Assembly: GCA_050952065.1 (NCBI GenBank)
Contig: JBMNKF010000002.1
Span: 309,123 to 373,122 of the forward strand
Reading direction: 5' to 3'
Source of the DNA: Bacillota bacterium
GTDB lineage: Bacteria > Bacillota > Sulfobacillia > Fermentithermobacillales > Fermentithermobacillaceae
Length of the DNA stretch: 64,000 nucleotides
Shown: positions 28,774 to 36,809 of the stretch, in pieces
How positions within the stretch are numbered: position 1 is the stretch's first letter
How the letters are laid out: every line of letters starts with the position of its first letter
Position numbers and translations under genes: made by a program
The notes under the pieces: generated by a model
The model's input: the letters and a program-made list of their open reading frames with translations, nothing else
What the model was told of the DNA's origin: nothing
Database searches by the model: none

Positions 28774-30288
28774 GTGAATGAGGTGGACCTTGTCCGTCTC
28801 GGATTGAGAAGCGCAAAGAGAAACTGGAGCCGCACCGCCTTGGCTATGACAGCCATGGCACTTGCTGCCATGACGTCAGTGTTCTCAGGAGTTGTTCCCT
28901 TGGGTTATGTCAAGGGGCACGCTCTTGCCGAGCGGCTTTTCGTGGGAGGAGACATTCTCGTTCTCCCCATTGGTGGTCCCGTTGACGCAAGATGGGATAG
29001 TCACGAGGAATCTCAACTATTCTGGAAACCGTGGGAGGGGCGGGATTGGCAATCTTCCGCACTGTACTTCTTGCCCGGTCTAAGAACCAAGGGGTATGTA
29101 TCGAACCGCGAAACATCATGGCGCGCCTTTGACCCGAACCCGGTTATAGATGCGGTTAAGAGGGTTCAAGGGGTCAAGGATGTGGCCCCTTACTACGCTT
29201 TGCCCTGCATCCTGACGGTTGGCGGCCAGAGTTCAGCCGCTGTGCTGCGGGCCTGGGATACGAGCAACAGCGGAGACTACCTGTCCGATTTCGGTCAGGA
29301 GTTCGTGGTTGCAGGAGAGCCTCTGGATGCCTCTTCACCCAAAATGTCTTGCCTGTTTCCGCTTCAGGGCACTTCCCTAGATGCGGTTAACATCAATTCA
29401 GTGGATCCTCTGAGTACCATCCAGATAACTGTGCCGCGATTGACGTATGGGTCTTATTCCGGAGAGGGGCCTATCGGGTTCAAGTGGGACCAGGCCGTAA
29501 CGGACTCTCTGCAAGTGTCAGGCATCTACCAAGTCCAGGTAGGTTTGGCGCCATCCCCTGCAGCCGATTCTCCCAGTGCGCCCACTGAGATGGAGCCTTT
29601 GTATTGGGAGCGTCCTGAGATCATAGTATCTTACGACACTTTCAGGCGGTTTGTATCCTATTCCGAACCTACGCTTGAGTACGCCGATAAACCGGACGAT
29701 TCGGTTGACTTGGAACCGGGGCAGTTTCCTTCGGGTTTCTCGGTGTACCAGGTGGCCATAACTGTGGATCGGATGGCCACAGTCAAGAAAGTAGCCGAAG
29801 ACGTGGCTTTGGCGCTTGGCTCCAGTTTCGCCGTAATCCCCATACCAGAGCTTACGCAAATGAAAGGCAGAGGGGCGCTCATGACCATCGCTGGCCAAGA
29901 CGCTCGAGAGTTCTCCCAACTTCTCTTTTTCACCCTTTCATCAGTCATAGTTGCCGGCACAATCTATGTCATATTGACCCAAGAGCGGCGAAAGATCGGT
30001 CTACTTCGAGTAGTGGGAGCCACCGGCAAAGATATCTTGGCGTATGCTCTGACTTTGTGCGCATATGTGGCTCTTACAGGTTCCGCTATTGGGTTTGGGG
30101 TAGCGAAGATCCTGTCGTTGTTGGCCGTCTTCGCAGCCGATGTGACTTTCTCTCAGTGGGTGGAGCAGACAGTCAAAGACGCTTTGCAAGTCTTCGGACT
30201 GTCTCTTGGAATCCCTTTGGTCTTGGGGCTCGCCATCGGGGTCTGGGCGGCCCGCATTCCCAGTGCGGAGGTGCTAGAACGTGGATGA
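28774..30288 (+). CDS. FtsX/MacB-type ABC permease with a ~340-aa extracytoplasmic domain (copy 1)
   Basis: 504 aa. TM1 near aa 21-44, a long hydrophilic domain, then a three-TM FtsX-like C-terminus (LLFFTLSSVIVAGTIYVILTQERRKIGLLRVVGATGKDIL...). GTG start. Confidence 0.8.
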   Translation: MNEVDLVRLGLRSAKRNWSRTALAMTAMALAAMTSVFSGVVPLGYVKGHALAERLFVGGDILVLPIGGPVDARWDSHEESQLFWKPWEGRDWQSSALYFLPGLRTKGYVSNRETSWRAFDPNPVIDAVKRVQGVKDVAPYYALPCILTVGGQSSAAVLRAWDTSNSGDYLSDFGQEFVVAGEPLDASSPKMSCLFPLQGTSLDAVNINSVDPLSTIQITVPRLTYGSYSGEGPIGFKWDQAVTDSLQVSGIYQVQVGLAPSPAADSPSAPTEMEPLYWERPEIIVSYDTFRRFVSYSEPTLEYADKPDDSVDLEPGQFPSGFSVYQVAITVDRMATVKKVAEDVALALGSSFAVIPIPELTQMKGRGALMTIAGQDAREFSQLLFFTLSSVIVAGTIYVILTQERRKIGLLRVVGATGKDILAYALTLCAYVALTGSAIGFGVAKILSLLAVFAADVTFSQWVEQTVKDALQVFGLSLGIPLVLGLAIGVWAARIPSAEVLERG

Positions 30289-31009
30289 GTGGCGAGGACC
30301 CATACTCAAGTGTCACGAGCTTTCCAGGTTCTATGCGGTCGGAGACGGTTTGTTCGCCCTGTCTGGCGTCGAGATGGAGGTATGGGCAGGGCAGTTCGTG
30401 GTCATCATGGGGCCTTCGGGGTCTGGCAAGAGCACTCTACTGAATATACTGGGTGGCATCGACCGGCCGTCCCACGGCGAAGTGATCCTTTGCGGCCGGA
30501 AGTACTCGAGAATGTCAGAAGATGAATTGGCCATCCTCAGACGCACCCAGGTGGGAATGGTCTTTCAGTTTTTCAACCTTCTCCCCGAACTGACTGCTGC
30601 CGAAAACGTGGGCATTTCCCTGAGACTGGCGGGGGCCCGCGAGTCTGAGACCATGACAAGGGTTACCCAACTCATGGAGGCAGTGGGGCTTGCGGGTAGG
30701 TCCAATCACTATCCCATGGAACTTAGTGGGGGCGAACAGCAGAGAGTCGCCATTGCCAGGGCTTTGGCACCCAAACCTGCCGTTGTGTTGGCCGACGAGC
30801 CCACCGGTAATCTCGATTCCAAAATGTCCAAATCCATCATGGAGCTTTTCGCCAAGTTCAACAGGGAAGAAAAGCAAACCTTCGTAGTGGTGACTCATGA
30901 GCCCGGTTTCCAGGAGTATGCAGACACTGTTATCCACCTGGTAGACGGTGAGATCAAGGAAATGTGCCATGGAGGTCGACGAGTGTCGGGAAAGGAAGTT
31001 CTGTCGTGA
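30281..31009 (+). CDS. ABC transporter ATP-binding protein, MacB/LolD/FtsE-like (copy 2)
   Basis: Walker [10 protein letters not shown], signature [15 protein letters not shown], Walker [13 protein letters not shown]-loop VVTHE. 8-nt overlap with the upstream permease. Confidence 0.9.
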   Translation: MDEWRGPILKCHELSRFYAVGDGLFALSGVEMEVWAGQFVVIMGPSGSGKSTLLNILGGIDRPSHGEVILCGRKYSRMSEDELAILRRTQVGMVFQFFNLLPELTAAENVGISLRLAGARESETMTRVTQLMEAVGLAGRSNHYPMELSGGEQQRVAIARALAPKPAVVLADEPTGNLDSKMSKSIMELFAKFNREEKQTFVVVTHEPGFQEYADTVIHLVDGEIKEMCHGGRRVSGKEVLS

Positions 31010-32208
31010 GGACAACGATCCGGCCTGCCGTGACATGGTCTTTAGCCGCCAAAATGGTGGTAAGGCGGCTTCGCAGAGATCCTTCCGCCGCCTTGCTGGT
31101 GTCGTTGTCGGTGACTCTGACTGTGGCGCTTTGTGTTTTCATTGTATCTATGGTAACCCTTAGTGGTTGGCGCACCATGGCTAGAACGGAGACAATGGAA
31201 CTTCCGTACGATGCCGTAATCTTGTTTTCGGAGCATCAAGATGCTGTCCGTGCCCAAGACTCGTTGGGCAGATTACGGAATTCATATTCTATCCACAGAT
31301 TTCCTTTCGTAGAAGTTGATACGGAAATCGGTCCGCTCTTTATCGTTGGAATGGAACTCAATCTTCCAGGAGACGTCATCGTGCTGAACGTCCGAGACGC
31401 TGATTTGGTGAGAGAGATGGAGATGGATCCCCGGCGAAAAGGAAGCTTGGACGCGTGGCCGCTGGAATCAGGGATCTCCGTTCAGGGTGCGAGGTTAACA
31501 TGGTCCACGATCTGGTCTTGCCAGGATGTTGACGCGAGCGACGATGTGCTGCGTCGAACCGTGACATCCCTTCCGGTTCCGCCGGGCTGGGCGGTGGTTG
31601 ATACAGAGCGTCTCAACGGTGTGGCCGGGGTCCGAACGGGGCTGGGGCTAGAGTTCGTAGGGGATCCACAGCACATCGACAAACCCAGGGAGCTCTCTGA
31701 TCTCCGGCGCCAATATCCGGATGCGGTGATCTTTGGCCCGTGGTCAGGGGAATCTTTCGTGAGCAAAGAGCTGGTGAGGCCAACGCTTCTGTGGCAAACA
31801 GTCTACTGCCTCGGGGCGCTGACAGGCACAGCGGCCATATCATGTGTGTTGACCGCATCTTTTCTGGGCAGGAAACGGTCGTTGGGAATTCTCAGGGTCT
31901 TGGGCGGGACTAGGGGAGATCTTCTCCGCGTGGTGTTGGTCGAAGCGTTATACTTAGGTGTCTTAGGTGTCCCGCTAGGGTCCGTTGTTGGATTTCTGGT
32001 ATCTCGCTTTTTCTTAGACGCGTGGGTTGTGACTTTCGCTACTGCACTTGTTCCCGTTGGGCTTGGGGTGGCCGCCATCATAGCGGGAGCTTCTCTTCCA
32101 ATACGCTTGGTGAGGAACGCCACCTGTGACCAGTTGCTCAACAACCGGCCCGTTTACGCTATGTCCAATCCCTCGTGCGCCCAGTGTGGTCTGTGCGGCG
32201 GCTTCTAG
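31006..32208 (+). CDS. FtsX/MacB-type ABC permease (copy 2) with a Cys-rich C-terminal tail
   Basis: GTG 31006 overlaps the ATPase stop (GTGA). TM1 (LLVSLSVTLTVALCVFIVSMV), a ~220-aa external domain, and an FtsX-like C-terminus (GRKRSLGILRVLGGTRGDLL...). Ends ..NPSCAQCGLCGGF. Confidence 0.8.
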   Translation: MRTTIRPAVTWSLAAKMVVRRLRRDPSAALLVSLSVTLTVALCVFIVSMVTLSGWRTMARTETMELPYDAVILFSEHQDAVRAQDSLGRLRNSYSIHRFPFVEVDTEIGPLFIVGMELNLPGDVIVLNVRDADLVREMEMDPRRKGSLDAWPLESGISVQGARLTWSTIWSCQDVDASDDVLRRTVTSLPVPPGWAVVDTERLNGVAGVRTGLGLEFVGDPQHIDKPRELSDLRRQYPDAVIFGPWSGESFVSKELVRPTLLWQTVYCLGALTGTAAISCVLTASFLGRKRSLGILRVLGGTRGDLLRVVLVEALYLGVLGVPLGSVVGFLVSRFFLDAWVVTFATALVPVGLGVAAIIAGASLPIRLVRNATCDQLLNNRPVYAMSNPSCAQCGLCGGF

Positions 32209-32265
32209 GTTGCAGAGGGAATTCGTGGGTCTATGGAGAGCGGTTCTTGAGAGGAGGAACGGGGG

Positions 32266-34083
32266 ATGATTGAGAGAATCCTGGCGGCTGACGTCGGAAG
32301 CACTACCACCAAAACTGTTCTGTTTGAGAAGGCGGAGGATGGATGGAGACTCCTGGGAAAGACGGTCGCTCCCACGACGGTGGAGGCTCCCGACTTGGAT
32401 GTGATGATTGGCCTCAGAAATGCAGTGGCAAAACTGGAGAAGCGTGTAGGCAGGCGTCTTCTGGATGGTGTCAGGCTCTTGACACCGGCAAGAGAAGACA
32501 CGGGAATAGACGTTTTCGTGGCCACCTCCAGCGCAGGAGGCGGACTCCAGATGCTCGTAACGGGCCTGATCAATACGATTACAGCCGAGTCTGCTTACAG
32601 GGCTGCCCTAGGGGCCGGCGCCATCGTGTGCGACGTGTTGTCCCTGGATGACAACCGCGCCATTGTTGAGCGTATCGAGTCTATTAAGAGGATCAGACCG
32701 GACATGGTCTTGGTGACCGGAGGTACCGACGGAGGAAATATCTCCGACGTGGCTGCCATTGCCGAGTACCTGGCTATGGCCAATCCTTCGCCGAGGTTCG
32801 GTGAGCATTTCAAGATCCCTCTCATATATGCGGGGAACGTTGACGCCCGTGACTTGGTAACCGAAGTGACAGGCGAGGTCATGGATATTAGTTACACAGA
32901 CAACATCCGGCCGGTACTCGAGAAAGAGGTTCTGACCCCGGCGCGGGAGGAGATCCATCGCCTCTTCTTGGAACATGTGATGATGCAAGCACCCGGGTAC
33001 AAGACGCTCTTGTCCTGGACGGGAGGATACGTCAAGCCTACCCCGGTGGCCGTAGGGGATACACTTCAGAGTCTGTCTGAGACCAGAGGTCACGATGTAC
33101 TTGGAGTGGATATCGGGGGCGCCACCACAGATGTATTTTCAGTGATTGACGGCACATTCCATCGAACTGTGTCGGCTAACCTGGGCATGTCTTACAGCAC
33201 CGGCAATGTGCTCATGGAAGCCGGGATAGAGTCGGTTGTCAGGTGGCTGCCTTGGGCGCCTGACGAGAACATGGTCAGGAACTGGGATTTCAATAAGATG
33301 ATCAGGCCAACCACTTTACCTCAGACCCTTGAAGAACTAATCCTTGAGCAAGCCATAGCCAGAGAAGCCCTGCGCTTATCCTTTGAGCACCACCGTTCAC
33401 TCACGAGAGGGCTCAAGGGCGTTAGGCAAGAGCGCAACGTGGGAGACGTGTTCAACCAGACCGGAACCGGCAATACTCTGGTTAACCGGTTGGCTATAGG
33501 CTTGATGGTCGGATCTGGGGGAGTTCTTTCATACGCCCCAAGGCGCCAGCAAGCTGCCATGATGATGATCGACGCTTTAGAGCCCGAGGGCGTGACCGAT
33601 ATTATGGTCGATAGCCAGTTCTTGTTGCCCCACTTGGGCGCCATTATGGAAGCCGACGCATCTGCCGCCCAGGAGATCTTGGAGACTGAGGCTTTAGTGC
33701 CCCTTGGGACGGTCATCGCGCCCGTTGGTCCGCAGGTTGCCCCTGGAATCGAAATAGCCAAAGTGGAGATCGACGGTGAGGTGCATTGGGTGGTCTCCGG
33801 TGAGCTTCAGGTTGTTCCGCTTTCTGCCGGCCAGAGCGTGACGGTGAACGTTACTCCTAAAAAGGAGTTCACGGTGGGCAAGGCATCGGGGGTCCCGGTC
33901 ACTGCCAGAGCTATGGGAGGGACGGTTGGAATTATCCTGGATGGCCGGGGGCGCCCCATAGCGATGCCCGTGTCTGAAGATGAGCGAATTTCGGCAGTCC
34001 GGAAATGGCTCATGGCTATGGATGTCTATCCAAGCGCAATCTTGGAGTCATTTGCGGATGTCTTGGCCAAGGAGGCGAACTAA
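32266..34083 (+). CDS. GlmL/MutL-like actin-fold (ASKHA) ATPase with intact motifs (copy 2)
   Basis: 605 aa. Phosphate-1 ILAADVGSTTTKTVLF, TGGTDGG, phosphate-2 VLGVDIGGATTDVFSV, adenosine MVGSGGVLS. The N-terminal pattern matches the GlmL/MutL (glutamate mutase L) family as I remember it. Confidence 0.75.
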   Translation: MIERILAADVGSTTTKTVLFEKAEDGWRLLGKTVAPTTVEAPDLDVMIGLRNAVAKLEKRVGRRLLDGVRLLTPAREDTGIDVFVATSSAGGGLQMLVTGLINTITAESAYRAALGAGAIVCDVLSLDDNRAIVERIESIKRIRPDMVLVTGGTDGGNISDVAAIAEYLAMANPSPRFGEHFKIPLIYAGNVDARDLVTEVTGEVMDISYTDNIRPVLEKEVLTPAREEIHRLFLEHVMMQAPGYKTLLSWTGGYVKPTPVAVGDTLQSLSETRGHDVLGVDIGGATTDVFSVIDGTFHRTVSANLGMSYSTGNVLMEAGIESVVRWLPWAPDENMVRNWDFNKMIRPTTLPQTLEELILEQAIAREALRLSFEHHRSLTRGLKGVRQERNVGDVFNQTGTGNTLVNRLAIGLMVGSGGVLSYAPRRQQAAMMMIDALEPEGVTDIMVDSQFLLPHLGAIMEADASAAQEILETEALVPLGTVIAPVGPQVAPGIEIAKVEIDGEVHWVVSGELQVVPLSAGQSVTVNVTPKKEFTVGKASGVPVTARAMGGTVGIILDGRGRPIAMPVSEDERISAVRKWLMAMDVYPSAILESFADVLAKEAN

Positions 34084-34084
34084 C

Positions 34085-35509
34085 ATGGCAGTATCTTGCA
34101 ACATTAGGGTCATCCCCAGGACCCGTCTCAAGAAAGCCCGGAGCCTCTCTGTGCCTGGTGACGTCCTTGTCAAGGTTGGGGATACGGTGGAGCCCGATAC
34201 AGTTCTGGCCAAGACCGATTACGTACGCGGTAACCCGAGGATCGTCGATCTCAATGCCGAACTGCGAATGAAGCTCACGCCCCAAATGGTTGACAAGGTC
34301 ATGCTGAAGAAAGTTGGAGACAGTGTAACGGGTCAGGAGCCAATCGCAAGGTACCAGAAGGGTTTCTGGTCAGAGATAGTCGAGGTCAAAGCTCCCTGCG
34401 ATGGGACTATCGAATACATTTCCCGCACTCAGGGCCGTGTCATTGTGCGTGAAGACCCAAGATCATCAAAACCCCTCTGCATCTGTCCGGCTGCTCAACG
34501 CCTGGGTGTCTGGCCGTGGATGATCCGAATGTTCACCCACGTCAAGGAGGGTGACGTTGTTCACGAGGGCCAAGTGCTGGCGGCTGCCGAGAAAAGCGGT
34601 TTCATCGGCGAGGCAACCATGGATTACGTCTACGCTCCAATGAGCGGGGTGGTCGAGAAGATTTGCACCAAAACCGGGAGTATCACTATAGTCAAGCCCA
34701 TCAAGCCCGCAAGGGTACTGGCCCACATTGCGGGTGTGGTCACCCAAGTGATCCCCTTCGAAGGAGCAGTCATCGAGTCCATGGGGGCTTATCTTGAGGG
34801 CGTGTTTGGGATCGGCGGAGAGAAAGCCGGCGCATTAGTTGTAGCTACCCGGGGGCCGCTAGATGAATTGGACGAAGACGGAGTGGCACGTCTCGGGGAC
34901 CTCGGCGGCAAGATTGTCCTTGCGGGAAGCATGGTCACTTTGGGGGCCCTTCGGAGGCTCAGGGATTCTGGGGCCCTTGGGCTCATAGTCGGCGGCCTCA
35001 ACAACTTGGACTTGGTTCGGTTTCTGGGTAAAGAGATCAATGTTGGGATAACCGGCCACGAAGATGCGGGGTTGACAGCAGTCATAATGGAAGGGTTCGG
35101 GAAGGTTCCCATGAGCCAGGACACCTGGGATCTCTTGGTTTCTCTTGAGGGCAAAGTCGCTTCAATCGATGGGACGACGCAGATACGGGCAGGGGTCATA
35201 CGTCCGCAAATTCTTGTGAGCGAAGGCACTCCGCCTTCTGACCAGAGTGACGCCGACGAGTCAATCGTGGGTGATGTATACGGCGAGGCCCATGAGGCGA
35301 TCCTTCACCCTATGACCAACATTGTTCCCGGCGACCGGGTCAGATGTGTTCGTGCCCCGTACTTCGGACTGTGGGGAGTCGTGCAGGAGGTTCCAGAGGA
35401 GCCCTTGAAGGTCGATTCTGAAGCCATCATGGAGGTTGCCAAAGTGCGGCTAGATAACGGCGAGACCGTCTTGGTCGCAGAAGCCAATCTGGAAGTGTTC
35501 AGGTACTGA
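34085..35509 (+). CDS. Uncharacterised cytoplasmic protein: two barrel-sandwich-hybrid domains, central domain, KOW/SH3-like C-terminus (copy 2)
   Basis: 474 aa from ATG 34085 (AAGGAGG RBS; starts 2 nt after the upstream stop). VLVKVGDTVEPDTVLAKT...VKAPCDGTIEYI and HVKEGDVVHEGQVLAAAE...YAPMSGVVEKI. The C-terminal GDRVRCVRAPYFGLWGVVQEV..VLVAEANLEVF is KOW-like. Confidence 0.6.
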   Translation: MAVSCNIRVIPRTRLKKARSLSVPGDVLVKVGDTVEPDTVLAKTDYVRGNPRIVDLNAELRMKLTPQMVDKVMLKKVGDSVTGQEPIARYQKGFWSEIVEVKAPCDGTIEYISRTQGRVIVREDPRSSKPLCICPAAQRLGVWPWMIRMFTHVKEGDVVHEGQVLAAAEKSGFIGEATMDYVYAPMSGVVEKICTKTGSITIVKPIKPARVLAHIAGVVTQVIPFEGAVIESMGAYLEGVFGIGGEKAGALVVATRGPLDELDEDGVARLGDLGGKIVLAGSMVTLGALRRLRDSGALGLIVGGLNNLDLVRFLGKEINVGITGHEDAGLTAVIMEGFGKVPMSQDTWDLLVSLEGKVASIDGTTQIRAGVIRPQILVSEGTPPSDQSDADESIVGDVYGEAHEAILHPMTNIVPGDRVRCVRAPYFGLWGVVQEVPEEPLKVDSEAIMEVAKVRLDNGETVLVAEANLEVFRY

Positions 35510-35532
35510 CTCTGGAAGACAAGAAAGATATG

Positions 35533-35569
35533 GGCGGCAAGGCAAAGAACCCTGCCGCCTTTGTCTTTG
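35533..35569 (+). terminator. Rho-independent terminator closing the 8-gene operon
   Basis: Stem GGCGGCA(A)GG / CCTGCCGCC with an 8-nt loop, followed by TTTGTCTTT. Confidence 0.8.
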
Positions 35570-35661
35570 ACCTGGCACGCGGTTTGTCTACCCGGCCACT
35601 AATGCCGGCCGTTGGTGCCTTGGACCTTCTCTTGATCGAGGCGCTTCCACAATGACGGTCG

Positions 35662-35856
35662 TTACGCGGGGCCTTCGGGCATTATAATGGCAGCTGCGAA
35701 ATAGAAAATCGTCCCAGGGATGATCCCCGTAACCACCGTCAAGAGCGCCACTCCCAAGCGAACTATGGTCTCATCGATGTTAAAATACTCGGCGATTCCG
35801 CCGCACACTCCTGACAGCATGCGCCTGGTTCTCGAGCGATAGAGTCTCTTGTTCAT
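35662..35856 (-). CDS. PspC-domain membrane protein
   Basis: MNKRLYRSRTRRMLSGVCGGIAEYFNID followed by one TM: the canonical PspC domain. Confidence 0.85.
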   Translation of the reverse strand: MNKRLYRSRTRRMLSGVCGGIAEYFNIDETIVRLGVALLTVVTGIIPGTIFYFAAAIIMPEGPA

Positions 35857-36235
35857 GGTGCCCACCTGCACTTCCTATTCTATTGAATTCATATGGGACC
35901 CGCTTTTCTTTCACTAGACTATACAATGCGCCGGTCCTCTGGTACTACGATACGAACAGTAACCGGTAACACGGATTGTTGCCGCGATACCCTGCCGTTC
36001 CTCTGGCCCAGTGTCGCTGCTCATTACCATGACTCCCAATCTCAAGCGCTATCCCGAAGTAGTGTCCCCTGTCAGTTGCGACAAATAACCCTTGACACCA
36101 TGGATTTTGTCGTTGGTATGGGTTATGACTTCGGACCGTGTGCTGAAATTGTTATACACTTTGGTAGGTGTCACATTCTTATTGCAGAACGCTCATTGTG
36201 ATGATAAGTTGGTCTAAAGACAGCGAGGTGAAGAC

Positions 36236-36775
36236 ATGACGAGCCCGAAAGAGAAGATCGGTACCCTCATTAGTAAAGAAGAACTAGACAAACGCATCAA
36301 AGAACTGGCCGCGGAAATATCCAGGGACTACGCGGGTAGAGACCTTCTGCTCATTGGGGTACTAAAAGGCAGCTTTATGTTCCTTGCGGATCTCGTCCGC
36401 AACCTCGACTACCATGTAGAGTTGGACTTCATGGGCACTTCCAGCTACGGAGCGTCCACAAAGACTTCCGGCGAGGTAAGGATAACAAAAGACCTCGAGC
36501 GAAGCTTAGCGGGGCGCAACGTCCTATTGGTTGAGGACATAGTTGACTCGGGCCTTACCCTTCGTTACCTAGTGGACACACTAAGGACTAGGCAGCCGGC
36601 CAGCGTGAGGATCTGCACTCTTCTAGACAAGCCTGCCAGGCGAAGAGTCAGGATCAGCATCGACTACTACGGCTTCATCATCCCCAACGCATTTGTGGTG
36701 GGCTATGGTTTGGACTATCAGGAGAAATACCGGGGGCTGCCCTATGTTGGAGTGCTTGAGGAGTACGAAAGCTAG
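36236..36775 (+). CDS. hpt: Hypoxanthine-guanine phosphoribosyltransferase
   Basis: 179 aa with LLIGVLKGSFMFLADL and the PRPP loop LLVEDIVDSGLTL. Confidence 0.95.
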   Translation: MTSPKEKIGTLISKEELDKRIKELAAEISRDYAGRDLLLIGVLKGSFMFLADLVRNLDYHVELDFMGTSSYGASTKTSGEVRITKDLERSLAGRNVLLVEDIVDSGLTLRYLVDTLRTRQPASVRICTLLDKPARRRVRISIDYYGFIIPNAFVVGYGLDYQEKYRGLPYVGVLEEYES

Positions 36776-36790
36776 TCTGAAAGCTAGTCT
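36767..36790 (+). repeat. Perfect 12-nt tandem duplication spanning the hpt stop codon
   Basis: GAAAGCTAGTCT GAAAGCTAGTCT. The first copy contains the TAG stop (36773-36775). Confidence 0.9.
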
Positions 36791-36809
36791 TGACGAGGTG
36801 TGATGAATC

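Noticed and set aside
28548-28871. 107-aa minus-strand ORF across the intra-operon gap
   Set aside because: It overlaps the permease start on the opposite strand. Its internal VEV.NRNE repeat is just the reverse reading of the 25-nt DNA direct repeat, and it has no RBS.
33980-34084. Long N-terminal extensions proposed by the ORF track (33980 for the barrel protein, 9950 for the aminotransferase, 10962 for ferredoxin, 45064 for the M23 peptidase, 45345 for the Nudix-like gene, 30964 for permease 2, 44384 for the NusG_II protein)
   Set aside because: The extensions overlap upstream or divergent genes, lack an RBS and are non-homologous to the family N-termini. Internal starts with Shine-Dalgarno sequences or stop/start coupling were preferred.
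35872-36235. Purine (guanine/adenine) riboswitch or PurR box upstream of hpt/purE
   Set aside because: I looked for the conserved UAUNNNNGG..GUUUCUACC..CCGUAAAU cores and found none. Only a partial PurBox-like ATACGAACAGT was seen near 35955, with no inverted partner. There is not enough evidence to call.
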